A DNA stretch of 64,000 nt. Source: Hyaloraphidium curvatum SAG 235-1 (lineage: Eukaryota; Fungi; Monoblepharomycota). The notes under the pieces were generated by a model. That model was not told the DNA's origin. It saw nothing but the letters and a program-made list of their open reading frames with translations, and searched no databases. Where the stretch lies: contig JAIVFI010000003.1 in assembly GCA_025558095.1 (NCBI GenBank), positions 372,001 to 436,000 on the forward strand, written 5' to 3'. The number at the start of each line of letters is the position of its first letter. The stretch's first letter is position 1. The position numbers and the translations under genes were made by a program. Shown piece by piece: positions 34,697 through 46,038 of this stretch.

Positions 34697-35630
34697 ATGC
34701 GGAGGCGGCAGGAGGACGCGGGCGACGGCGACGAGTTCGACGCGCCGGACGACGCGCCGCCGCCTCCGCCCCCGCCGCCCGCGCCCGCTCCCGCCGCGCC
34801 CCCGCCGGCCGCGCAGCCGACGAGCTATGTGATCCCCGGGATGAACGACGGGCCCGCGCCGCCGGCGCCGCAGGCTGCTCCGCAGACCACCGCGGTCGCA
34901 GTGGCTGCGGCGGCCTCGCCGTCGCCGTCGGCAGCGCCCGCGGCGGGGCCCAACCTCCCGCTCATCATCGGTGGGCCGATCCCCGCCACCGCACAAGCGC
35001 CGCTCACTTCCCCGCCGCGATCCAGGTCTCTCCGTCGGGCTCGGCGTCGTCTTCATCATCCTGCCCATCTGCATCCTGCTGATCCTCGTCGTCCGCCACC
35101 GGATGCGCCGCGCAGAGCGCCGCCGCAAAAAGACGCTCTCGCGCGAGATGCGCAAGCAGCAGGAGGAGCTGCTGGCCAACCGCGAGATGGAGGAGGCGGA
35201 GGAGTGGGAAAAGGCGCAGTTTGGCGGCGGCCGGAAGTCCACGTCGGGGGACTACCTCGGCGAGGGCGGGCCGTGGATGGTGCCGGTGCTGTCGGTGCAG
35301 CACGCCTCGGGCGAACTTTCGGGGGAGAGCGACGGGAGGAGGTCGCCCGCGCGGCCGCCGCCCAAGAGCAAAGCGGGGAGGCCGCCAAAGGCGAAGGCGG
35401 GCGCGGGCGCCGGGGAAGGGCCGGTGCCGAGCGAGGACAGCGATCCGCAGGACACGGAGCTGCAGAACATGCTCACGGACCTGTCGCAGACAAATGCGGA
35501 CAGGAAGGCGACGCGCGAAAAGAGCCCCGTCAAGGGTTCGTCGCGGGCCGGCCAATCGCCGTACGAAAACCCCGAGGCGAGACGGAGCTCGTCCGGGCGG
35601 GTGGGACAGTTACGGAGCGCGTTCGAGTGA
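34697..35630 (+). CDS. Hypothetical single-pass membrane protein with Pro/Ala-rich N-terminus
   Basis: PNLPLIIG|LSVGLGVVFIILPICILLILVV followed by RHRMRR; intron ~34971-35025. Start uncertain. Confidence 0.65.
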
Positions 35631-35688
35631 TGCGACTGAGATCTTTGACTATGTAAGAGCTACAGGTATTGGAGTTCGATCGCTGGTA

Positions 35689-38427
35689 TCACTGGTCATC
35701 GACCGCATTTTCCGCCGCCGTCTCACCGGCATCCTTTTTCCGTGAAGTAGCCCGGCTCCCCTTTTTCCCCGGTTTCCTGGCCCTTGGTCCCGACGCGGCC
35801 TTGCGCGCTTTCGAAAGGGGCATTCCGCCAGCGTCCGCAACGGCCTCTACAGAGACGTCGGCAAGAAACGGGTCGACTGCCGCAGGGGGATCCCCACGGC
35901 TCGCCTCCGGCTGCGGGTTGCTCCCCACTGCCGCCGCACTCTGTGCCCTGCTCGCCCTAGTATGGGCCCTCAGCCCAGTCGGCGCAGTCTGTGCCTTGGT
36001 TGCCTTCGCCACGGCCGCCGCAGCCTTCGGCTTCGTCACCGTCGGCGCGGCCGGCGCAGTCTTTGGCTTCGTGACTCTCCCCTTTGACTTTGGCCCGCCA
36101 TTGGCAACGTTGGCTTCGGTGACGGTCTGCCGCGCGGCTTCCGAAGCGAGCAGATCCAGCGCATCCGTTCCCGAGGGTGCCGCGGAGGGTGTGGTGATCT
36201 GTGCCACGGCGGGAACCGCGGCGGCCTTGGCTCGCGACTTTTTGTTCTTCGCGGGCCGAGCTTTCCCGTTCGGCGCGCCTTGGGCGACGGGTGGGTCATC
36301 GCCCAGCGCCTCATCGTGTCCAACATCCAAGTTCGGTCCGTCCACGGCTGGCGCGATAGGACTCGCGGTGTCCATCGGCTGCTCGACGGCAGCTTCGACG
36401 GATGCCTGTTGCGCGGCCGGCGACGCAATGCCGCCCTCCATTCCTTCCGCAGCCTGCTCCCTTTCGAGATCCGCGAACGAAACCTCGTTCCATTTGCGGC
36501 GCACACGGTCCTTGTTGAACCTGCCGCCGAAAGCCGCCGAGATTGCGCCCCAGCTGTTGCCGTGTATCGCAATGAGCTCCCGCAACCGCTCGACGTCCTC
36601 GGCCGTCCACTTCGCGATGACTCGGGCGGGCTTCGCGTCCTTGGCGCCCGTTTTCGCCGCATGGGCTCCGTTGGCCGGTTCCGCGGTTCCAGGCGCGGCG
36701 CCCGATCCTGCTTCCGCTCCAGGTGCGGGCGAAGCAGGCTCCTCGGCGGCCGCAACCGACTCCGGCTTTGCGGTCTTCTTCCTCTTCGGCGCCGAAGAAC
36801 CGTCCGCGGCAGCCTTGCGCTTCACAGGCGTCGACCCGTCCTCGGACCCAGTCCTGCTCGCCCCGCCGCTCTTGGTGATGCTTTCCCACTCCCGCCGGCA
36901 GCGGTCGTCCGAGAACTTGTTGCCGAACGCCAGCGCGATCGTCGCCCACTTGCGCCCGTGGCGCTCCACGAGCTCGCCGAGTCTCCTGCGCTCTTCGGGC
37001 GTGAAGGGGTCCTTGGACCGGGCGCCCGGTGCGAGATGGTTGAGGTACCGCTCGCGGCACTGGGTATCGCTGCGCGTGGGAACCAGGAGCTGGACCATGG
37101 CCCAGGAAGTGCCGTACAGAGCGACGCCCTTGACGAGATCCTGCAAAGGAGGAGAGTGAGCCAAGCAGTAGCAGCGTTGAGGTGACAAGAGACAAACCTC
37201 GTCCTCGTTAGGCAGCCACTTGCCCTTCCTGAGCAGCGGTTTCGATTCAATGGCACGGGTTCGCCGCCTCGAGGAGCCCTTCTCGTCCTGGGAACGCGGG
37301 GTGTTGGCGGCCGAGAGCGAATCCCCGGCTTTCTTGACCGCCTGCGAGGCCGGTTTGAAAGCGACCGTCTTCGCCTTTTCCCTAATCACGAAGCCCGCTC
37401 TCGGCCTGCTCTCATCGATGCCCCGTTCCTGGGCCACCTTTTTCCACGTCCGGAAGCAATCGATCGCCGTTCTTCCGCGTCCGACCTTCTTGGCAATTTC
37501 GGTCCACCCGCTGTGCTCCCCCGACGTCACTGCGGCCACCAGCTTGTCCTTTTCCTGCGCGGTCCACTTCTCCACGTTGGCGGCAAAGTCACGGTTGGTC
37601 CATCGGGCCCGGCACTCGGCGCCGGTCCGGGTCTTGACCAGCTCCGCGACTCGGGCCCATCCTGGATCGTCCATGACGATGCGTACGAGGCCCAGGATCT
37701 GATGGCTGTCCATACGGTCCACCTGCACCTTGGCATTGCCCTTGGCGATGCCCGACGTCATCCCCTTCTGCATGAAGTCCCGCTGCACCAGCATCAACAC
37801 CTTCTGCCGCGCTACGTTGATAACGGCGGACTTGAGCCGCGCCGCTTCGTGGACGCTCCAGTAGTTGTTGCCGGCAAACAGGAGTGAAGACGGCCGCAGT
37901 CGGGGGTTCTGGTTTGCCGGCGGCGCCAGAGGGCCCTGCCGATCCTTTGAAACAAAGTACGGCGTCCGCGTGGGGTACAGTGCGGTATCAATCAGAGGCG
38001 CCGTGTCCTCGGGAGCGTCCCGCGTGACGAGGTCGAGAAGTTTTCCCTGGAGCATCGCGTTCTCGGCGAGCGCGCGGTCGATGGCAGCCATGTCCGCCAA
38101 CAGGAAGGCATCGTACTTGTTCGCGAGCTCCGAAAGACGTCGAGCTGAGGGATCGTCCGATTCCGAATCGTCTCCGAGGCCGCCGTCACCGCCGATGAGC
38201 TCCGCTTCGTCCATGTCCAGGCCCTCGTCCCCGTCCGACGGCGGATACTGCAGTCCATCTCCGTCATCTTCGTAGCCATCGGCATCGTCCGAATCGCCAT
38301 CGTCGTCTCCCCAGCTGCCGCCGTAGCCGTTTGTGGGGCTCGCCCCGCTCCATGTTCCGACCCCGCTGCGCACCCCTCCCCAGTGGGACGCGTCCTCTCC
38401 CTCATCCCAATCGCGGACGGACTCCAT
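35689..38427 (-). CDS. Multi-Myb-repeat protein, SNAPC4/SNAP190-like
   Basis: Myb repeats WARVA..RTGAECRARW, KWTAQEKDKL..WTEIA..RTAIDCF, KGKWLPNED..WAMVQ..RSDTQCRERY, PFTPEE..WATIA, and a separate KWTAEDVERL repeat. Confidence 0.75.
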   Translation of the reverse strand: MESVRDWDEGEDASHWGGVRSGVGTWSGASPTNGYGGSWGDDDGDSDDADGYEDDGDGLQYPPSDGDEGLDMDEAELIGGDGGLGDDSESDDPSARRLSELANKYDAFLLADMAAIDRALAENAMLQGKLLDLVTRDAPEDTAPLIDTALYPTRTPYFVSKDRQGPLAPPANQNPRLRPSSLLFAGNNYWSVHEAARLKSAVINVARQKVLMLVQRDFMQKGMTSGIAKGNAKVQVDRMDSHQILGLVRIVMDDPGWARVAELVKTRTGAECRARWTNRDFAANVEKWTAQEKDKLVAAVTSGEHSGWTEIAKKVGRGRTAIDCFRTWKKVAQERGIDESRPRAGFVIREKAKTVAFKPASQAVKKAGDSLSAANTPRSQDEKGSSRRRTRAIESKPLLRKGKWLPNEDEVCLLSPQRCYCLAHSPPLQDLVKGVALYGTSWAMVQLLVPTRSDTQCRERYLNHLAPGARSKDPFTPEERRRLGELVERHGRKWATIALAFGNKFSDDRCRREWESITKSGGASRTGSEDGSTPVKRKAAADGSSAPKRKKTAKPESVAAAEEPASPAPGAEAGSGAAPGTAEPANGAHAAKTGAKDAKPARVIAKWTAEDVERLRELIAIHGNSWGAISAAFGGRFNKDRVRRKWNEVSFADLEREQAAEGMEGGIASPAAQQASVEAAVEQPMDTASPIAPAVDGPNLDVGHDEALGDDPPVAQGAPNGKARPAKNKKSRAKAAAVPAVAQITTPSAAPSGTDALDLLASEAARQTVTEANVANGGPKSKGRVTKPKTAPAAPTVTKPKAAAAVAKATKAQTAPTGLRAHTRASRAQSAAAVGSNPQPEASRGDPPAAVDPFLADVSVEAVADAGGMPLSKARKAASGPRARKPGKKGSRATSRKKDAGETAAENAVDDQ

Positions 38428-38761
38428 CGTCAAAGATGGTCCTGTTGTGCACAATGTTTGGAAACGGCCAAACGAGCCATCTCGGCGCCGAAACGCGTTC
38501 CGACTTCTCTGTTGTGGAAAGCGCCGTCACGTCTGCGTGGGCTGAAACAGCCCACCCCATCGGCAGACGGAGCCGCGCCGTTAAGCCGGCGCCGACAAGC
38601 GAACAAGAGCAATCCGTTTGGAGCAGGACCTCTGTTGACAGTGCGCGTTCGGCCATCGCAAGCCCAAGCGAGGAGGCGACACCGCCGACACTCAGTCACT
38701 CAGGAACGAAAGCGAGGAGGCAAGATCGGACTTCAAATGCCACACAAAGCCTCACTATTGA

Positions 38762-40693
38762 TCAAATCTTGCTGTACAAATCTTCTGGCAGATCACTCTG
38801 GCCGTCGCCCGAGGCGGGGTCCTGGGCAGTGATCGGGGCCGTCGCAGCGGGAGGCGCCGCGACCGGGGCAGCGGAAACAGCAGCTGGCAACGCTGCCGGC
38901 GCCGCAGCAGGAGCCGGCATGGGTGTTCCAGGGGCCTCGAAAGTCTCGTTTGGTCAGTGACAGCAAAGCCCCGGAATGCGGCCCCTCGCCTACCTGTGAC
39001 GCCAACTCTTCCGCCACGTGTGGAGCCGAAGCCTGATCAACAGTATGCGTCATCGCAGTGGAAGCGGCAGGAGGAACCAGGGAAGTAGCTGTGGGGCCAG
39101 CCTCGGGGTGAACTGAAGGAGCACCGGGGGGCATAGCAGCCGGTGAGGGAGCCTGCATCGCGTTTTGGACTTGTTCCGTTGCAGATTGGGCAACTGGTGC
39201 CAATGTAGCCTGCTGCACGACCGAAGGGAGAGAAAATGCTGGTGAACAAGTGCTTTTGCCTCACTCGTCCAAATCGCCGTACCTGCGGGGCAGCCTCCAC
39301 AGGAGCCTGGTACGGCACAGGCGCGGGAGACGGGGCTGCCGCATTTTGCGCAGCAACCGGGAGTGCGGCAGGAACCACTTGCACAGGAGGAGCCTGAAGG
39401 ATGTGGTGAGTGTGAGATCAACGACCTATACACCTGGGTTCCAGCTGCCGCCCACACGCACCTGAACCGGCGCAACCGGGTCGGGAGGCCGCTGATACGG
39501 CTTTCCCGTTGCAGGATCAATGGGCGGATGGTAGTTGACCACAACAGGCACGGGAGCCGCTGCCGGAGGAGGCAGTACTGCCGGTGCAGCGGCAGCGACG
39601 ACCACAGCAGCGGGGGCGACGGCAGCTTGAGCCGGTGCAAGGGTAGCCGGTGCCATGGGAACTGGAGCCACGTATGCCGGCGCCGCAGCGTTTGGCACAG
39701 GAGCAATGACCGACTGAGGCGCCGGCTGGGGCGCTACAGCCACAGTAACTGCGCCGAGCATTGCCGCACGTTCGCTCTGGAGATCAACGATGTTCTGTTG
39801 CTGATCAGTGACCTTGTTCTGGAGAGCGATCAGCTTCCGGCTGCGGAGGAAGATGAGCTCGAGTCTCGAAAAGCCAGCACACGCAACACACTCTCGAAGC
39901 TCGTTCTCCATTTCGAGCCGCTTCACTCCGAGCAGCTTGATCGCAGTTTCGTTTGCCGTCCTAATCGCCGCACCGAGGCCCGCGGCGACGAACATGATGC
40001 CGATTCCGACTCCCGTGGCGGCAGCGCTCCGCCGCCACTCGGAGTCCACATCGGCGCAGTACTGCTGGTTGTACGTTGGCAGGGTGTACCGGTCGTAGTT
40101 CTGACCAACGACATTATCGCAGAAGAGGGGTGGCACAGAGTTGTAAGCCCCATCCGACGTGAATCCACGGGCAATCGGCCTCAGGAACAGGTAAAGGCAA
40201 TAGATGCCCATGCCTGGTGAGCAACGCAACCCATAGGAAGGTAGGATGAGCTGGAAGCAACCCAGATCAGGCCGGCGACACACACCTAGGTACCCGAGCC
40301 AGGCAGAGTTTGCAAGCCAGTACAGGATTCGAGTGCAGAAGATGCCGAAGCCGTTGGCCTCCTTGCCCGACTCAAGCTTCTCAAGGTCCGGGAGACGGGG
40401 GCCAAAGAGGAAGGCTTCCCATCCGTAGAATAGGCCGCAGAAGGTTGCGAACGCGGCGAAAAACATGAGAATCCAGCCCCAGTAGAGGTTCAGCATGGCC
40501 GGAACTGCGGCGCCAATGGCGCTGCCCAGAGCTGTGAGGAAGAGGGCTTGCATGACGAACCTGTGCGAGAGAGGGACAGGCCATCGGTGCTCGGACCGCT
40601 CCGCCGCCCCAGGCGCACGCACCGCATGGTCGTGGAAACGAAGCAGCATGCGCACCGGTCGGGGCCGGGCTCATCGTTCTTTTTCTTTGCCAT
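38762..40693 (-). CDS. Hypothetical multi-pass membrane protein with coiled coil and Ala/Pro-rich tail
   Basis: Several hydrophobic helices (ALFLTALGSAIGAAV, WGWILMFFAAFATFCGLFY, ATGVGIGIMFVAAGLGAAI); exons joined by GT..AG introns; ends DLPEDLYSKI*. Confidence 0.65.
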
Positions 40694-40972
40694 TGTTGCT
40701 AGTGTTCGAGTGGTGTGACTCCAACCGTTGGATCCCGTTTGTGGCGGTGCTATAACCCTGTCGGGGCTGGACAATCCCGCCCCTAGTTGGTCGCTACCTG
40801 CGGCCTCTGGAACGATTTGCATAAGAGGAGCACCAGAGACCTTTTTTCGGACAATCGGCTCCGATGTGCAACTTGCTTGCCACGTGAGCGCATTCGAGAC
40901 ATGCACGCCGTCTGGCAAGAACCGCCTAGCTGCGGACGCCACCGGCGTTTGATTGGGAAGAAGTGCTCCATT

Positions 40973-43755
40973 TCATCCTTCAGCCTCGTTGGCCAGCTGC
41001 CGTTCCTTCGTCCTCCCCCAGATGGCATGCACCTCCTCCTCCTCGTCCTCCGAGGCCACGCTCACGAGCATGTCCCGCGCCGCGTCCTCGATCGCCGCCG
41101 CCTCGGGCAAGACGTCCAACAGCGTCCCGTTGGCCAGCCTGCCCGCGCAAAGGACGAGCAGGTCGTGGGCCTGCCGGTACGGGTATATCAAGGTCCGCTT
41201 GAAGGCGTCGCCCGCGCGGACGGTGAAGAAATGCAGCAGTTCCGCGGTTTCAATCACGAAGCGGGCACTGAGGTCCCGGTCCGGGGAGCGCTCGTCGATG
41301 CAATCCTGGATCTCAAGGGAGAGGGATCGAACGACCGAGAAGACGATCTGTCATGGACCACGTTAGAATGTAGTCGCCACGGCGCGAGACCGACTGACCC
41401 TAGCCGAATCGACGAGCGCCCCCATGCCGGACGGAAACTCGCTTCCGGCGATTGCAGCGTACAGCTTGATGACGGCAAACCGCAGCCTGAGCGAGTCCAG
41501 CCGGTAGTTCGGAGGAGGCGAGGGAGGGAACTCTTCGACGAGGAAGTTGGACAGCTGGTCCAGGAAACCCATTTCGAGCCACGGAGTGCGGTGGTCGTCA
41601 TCGTCGGCGCGCTGCGCGATGACGCTCCCATTGGTTGGCGAAAGGAAGACGGAAAGAATCTCGGGGACTGGGTCCGAGTTGCTATCAGCATTGCGGAGAG
41701 TCTTGCGGAAACATGCTCACCTCGTACAAAGAGTTCGCAAAGCTGCACGAACTTGGCGACAGATTCCGGGTGCTGCCGACGAAGACACATGTGCCTGTGC
41801 AGCCCGGCGGAGAAGATGGGCACAAACGCAGCCGCGTGGCTTTCGCGGTGCTTCCAAGCCAGGGTCTGCAAAACGACGTACAGCTCGTCCCACAGATCCT
41901 TGGTCGATTGCTCCGTAAGCCAGGCAAATGAAGCCGCCGAAGCGCCGGGCGACGAAGCGAACGCAACGTGCTTCAGAAGCCGCAGGATGAGGCGCAATGT
42001 CCGGGAACCAGACAGCGGCGGCGCAAGAACGTCCGGTGGATCCCCATCGACTTCCATCGGCATCTGACCAGCAGCAGCACGCGGCGCCTGATGCTTGGCC
42101 GAGTCCGTTGTGTTCTCGGTCGAACGGCCGGCCAGTACCGCACCGCGGCAGTCCTCATCCGCCGTCAAGAGAAGCTTCACAAGGCGAACAGCAAACAAGA
42201 CCAGTGTCGATGCTCCCAGCGCAATGGCAGAGTCCAGGAAAGAATCCAGATGCGGCAGAACCCCTGCGAGAGGCGCTGTTTTGTCCGCGACAATGCGCGT
42301 AAGCTCGGTGGAGAGCGATAACCGCGCGGCCTCGAACTGCGACAGAAGCTCCTTGGTGAGCTTGATTCCAGAGTGCGCCTGCAAAACCAGCGAGGTGGAG
42401 AAGAACGAAGGGGCCGGGGTCCAGGAGGGTCTGGCGGCGACGCCGTTGGTCGCCGAGCCCGCTTGAGGGACGATCGTGGGGTCCGAAAAAAGCGATCTGA
42501 CGAACTGCCACAAGGAACATGAGTAAATTGACAACACTAAAGCGTGACCAGCCCCTACCTGGGATCGTCTAGCATCCCCCAACCTCTCGTCTCGGATTTG
42601 CCGCTGGTGCCGCAGCCTGTCCGCAGAGATCTCGGGCGCAGAAGGTTCGAGCGGTGAGACAGCCGCGACGCTGCCGACCACAGGCTCAGTCATGATCGCC
42701 ACGCTCTTCCTCTCCACTTGCTGACGCGGTACGTTCGAAACATCAAAGTTCGGCGCCGGGGCGCGCTTGCCCCGCGGCGGGCTTGGGGACGGTTTCGGAA
42801 ACACCGGCGCCGGCCGCGCAAAGGCGGGGTTCCTCTTCGATGGCGTAGCGCGCCATACCTGCGAGGATGGCCCGGCGGCCTGGTTCGCGTCCAAAGACAT
42901 GGGCACCTGGGAAGCGGCGAAAGAGTTGCGCTTGTTGCGGTTCTCCTGCTGCATGATCTCCAGGTCCTTGTACCGCAGCTCGGTGTTGAGCTTCTCGATC
43001 TCCTTGGAAAACCGTTCGCGTTCCTCGTTTCGGACCTGCTGGATCGCCAGCTCCTTCTCCGCCAGCTCGGCACGAAGCCGCGACAAATCCTCCTCGAGCC
43101 GACCGTACTTGCGACGAAAGGTGGTGACCTCCCCCTCTTTGCTCGACAACTGCCCCTCAAGAGCCGATTTCTCCGTTTGCAGGGCATCGCGCTCCGTCTG
43201 AAGCTGTGCCAAGCGCTGCTGCACCGCCGCGTCGGCACCGCCCGGAGCGGCAACCGGGTGCTTGACAGTCGAGCTCTCCGCCGCGGGCTTCGTGACCCCG
43301 TTCAGCTGCGACTCCACCATCGAGTCCAACGCCGGGTCGTCCAGCGCAATGTCGGGCAGCTCGTCGAACTCCTGCTGCAACGCGTCTACTGTCCGCGGCG
43401 GACCATTGTTCACCATCTGTGACATTGAGTACTTGCGCTCCTCCTGCTCCAGCATCATGAGAGACTCCGGAGCGGCGAGAAAGTCCAAGTCCCCGTCTTC
43501 GAACTCGTCCAAATCCATACCCTGCCCGGTTTGCCCACCAGGAGCTCCCAGGACGCCAGGCGGGGGGCCATTGGAAGATCCCTGCGCCGGAAGAGGGGCC
43601 TGCGGAGGCGTTGGAGGCCTCTCCGGCGCGAGCGGGGGGCGGGGAACCGGTTCGTCCCTCGGGGGAGCGACGACAAACTGGAGCTGCCGATGGGCGTCCA
43701 CGGCCGAAGCCGGACGCCGCCGGACTTTCGATGACGTGCCAGGTGCGCGCGACAT
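40973..43755 (-). CDS. ATR-interacting protein (ATRIP/Rad26/Ddc2)-like
   Basis: Acidic DEFEDGDLD..LEQEE..SQ N-terminus and coiled coil KEGEVTTFR...FSKEIEKLNTELRYKDLE, resembling the ATRIP KNGEIKILR..LQSELQFKDAE signature; helical C-terminus. Confidence 0.72.
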
Positions 43756-44189
43756 CGCGGCGTTGCGGAGGACGGTCACCAGAGCGCGGTCATGCCGCGG
43801 AAGAGTTGACGGGGACGAGAGACCCGTGACACAGCAAGACCCCTCCGCGATCCACGCTCGCCAGCCCAAGGAACCAGACTCACTGGTGCCAAATTTCAAT
43901 GCCTCGTGCTGTACACGCCGCCATCCGTGCTTGGAGAGGTGATCGCCGCTTCACGGCTGGGGTGTGATCGGTTTCCATCGGAACGGCCAGAGGCACATCC
44001 ACCGCGTCTCTGAGCACTAAAGAGTGGCTTTAAACGAGTGCTCGAGCGCAATCGGGTTATTCGGACAACGCCTGCGTGGCCGATCAGGGCCGAGGACGTC
44101 GACTTGGCGCCGCGACGCCACCATCAACACCCCAAGCCCGTTATCTTTCGCCGCACCGCACGAAGAATCCCAGACATCGAGGCGCCAAG

Positions 44190-45793
44190 ATGTCGCTATG
44201 GGGAGGCCGGTTCACCGGCAAGGTCGGCCCACCCACGCATCGCCGCGATTCCTTCCCTGATGGTCGTGGCCGCGCTTGACAGACCGACCCGCTCATGGAA
44301 AAGTTCAACGCCTCCATGGGGTTCGACAAGCGCATGTACGCGGCCGACATCCGCGGCTCGCAGGCGCAGGCCAAGGCCATCGGGAACAGCGGGATTGTCA
44401 CGCCGGAGGAGTCCAAGCTGCTCGTGGACGGCCTCGCCAAGGTGCTGGAAGAATGGGAGGCCGGGACCTTTGCCATTCATCCCTCGGACGAGGACATTCA
44501 CACCGCCAACGAGCGGCGATTGGGCGAGATCATCGGCAAGGATGTCGCGGGGAAGCTGCACACGGGTCGTTCGCGGAACGACCAGGTGGCGACGGACATG
44601 CGGATATGGCTCCGCGACGAGGCGACAAAACTGCTGGGATACCTGAAGGAGCTCATAACCGTCGCCGTGAACCGCGCGGAGCAGGAGATTGACATCATCA
44701 TGCCCGGCTACACGCATCTCCAGGTAGAGTCCGGGTCGCTGGGGCCCGGCCGCTTGCCGCTGAACCGTACCGCAGCGCGCGCAACCGATTCGCTGGGCGC
44801 ACTGGCTCTTGAGCTACGCCTGGGGCTGGCAGGCCGATGCCAACCGTTTGGCACAGGTTATCGACCGCCTGAACGTGCTTCCTCTCGGTTCCGGAGCGCT
44901 AGCTGGCAACCCCTTCGGCGTCGACCGCGAGTTCATTGCCAAGGAGCTGGGCTTCAAGGGAGTGATCAACAACTCCCTCTACGGAGTCAGCGACCGCGAT
45001 TTCGTCGCCGAGTTCCTCTTCTGGGCGAGCCTGACGATGGTGCACATCAGTCGATTCGCAGAGGACCTTATCATCTACTCCTCGGGCGAGTTCGGGTTCG
45101 TGACCCTCGCAGATGCCTACAGGTGCGGAGCTGGCCGAGTGATTGCCCACCTGGCCTTGTCTGACCGCTTGTTGTGCAGCACTGGAAGCAGCTTGATGCC
45201 GCAGAAGAAGAACCCCGACTCGCTCGAACTTCTCCGCGGCAAATCCGGCCGCGTCTTTGGCGACATGACCGGCTTCATCATGACGCTGAAAGGACTGCCC
45301 AGTACCTACAACAAGGACCTGCAGGAGGACAAGGAACCCATGTTTGACGCCGCCGACACCCTCGAAGGCTGCCTGCAGATCACGACCGGCGTCCTGTCCA
45401 CGCTCAAGGTCAGCTGCGTGCCGATCAATGCTGGCGTGTGGATCTTGCTCACCCTTGGTCGCAACGCAGGTCAACCCGGCCAGAATGTCGGCATCGCTCT
45501 CCATGGACATGCTCGCCACGGACCTGGCCGAGTACCTCGTCCGGAAAGGTGTCCCGTTCCGCGAGACGCACCACATTGCCGGCCACGCCGTGCGGATGGC
45601 GGAGGAGCGGGGTACGAGCATGGACAAACTGACCCTGGAGGACTTCAAGGGCCTGCATCCTGCGTTTGGGGAAGACGTGGCCAAGGTTTGGAGCTTTGAG
45701 AGTAGCGTAGAAAGCCGGAATGCGATCGGGGGCACGAGCAAGGCGACGGTGCAAGAACAGATCAAGCTGATGAAGGCGTGGCTCGCTAGCTAG
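44190..45793 (+). CDS. ARG4: Argininosuccinate lyase (multi-exon)
   Basis: [67 protein letters not shown]. Confidence 0.98.
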
Positions 45794-46038
45794 AGCTTTT
45801 TATAGAAGATTGCCACATTCCGGGATGCGACGCGCGAAAACTCGAGTCATTGAAGGAGCCGTCTTCACATGTGTCGGGCGTTTCGAGACCCCCGGCGAGG
45901 GTAGCCCGAAAGTCTTCCGACGGCACGCTCGTTTCCTAAAGAAGGGAGACCAGAGCCTCGCTGCGGGCTCTCGGGATGGGACGTTGAGCAATAAGCGCCA
46001 CTGGTCGACGGTCCCCCAGAAACTTTGAGCCTCCCGAA

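Noticed and set aside
45829-45840. GCGCGAAAA (E2F/SCB-like) site, and ACGCGT at ~38493
   Set aside because: Short CG-rich motifs are expected by chance at this composition; enrichment cannot be tested here.
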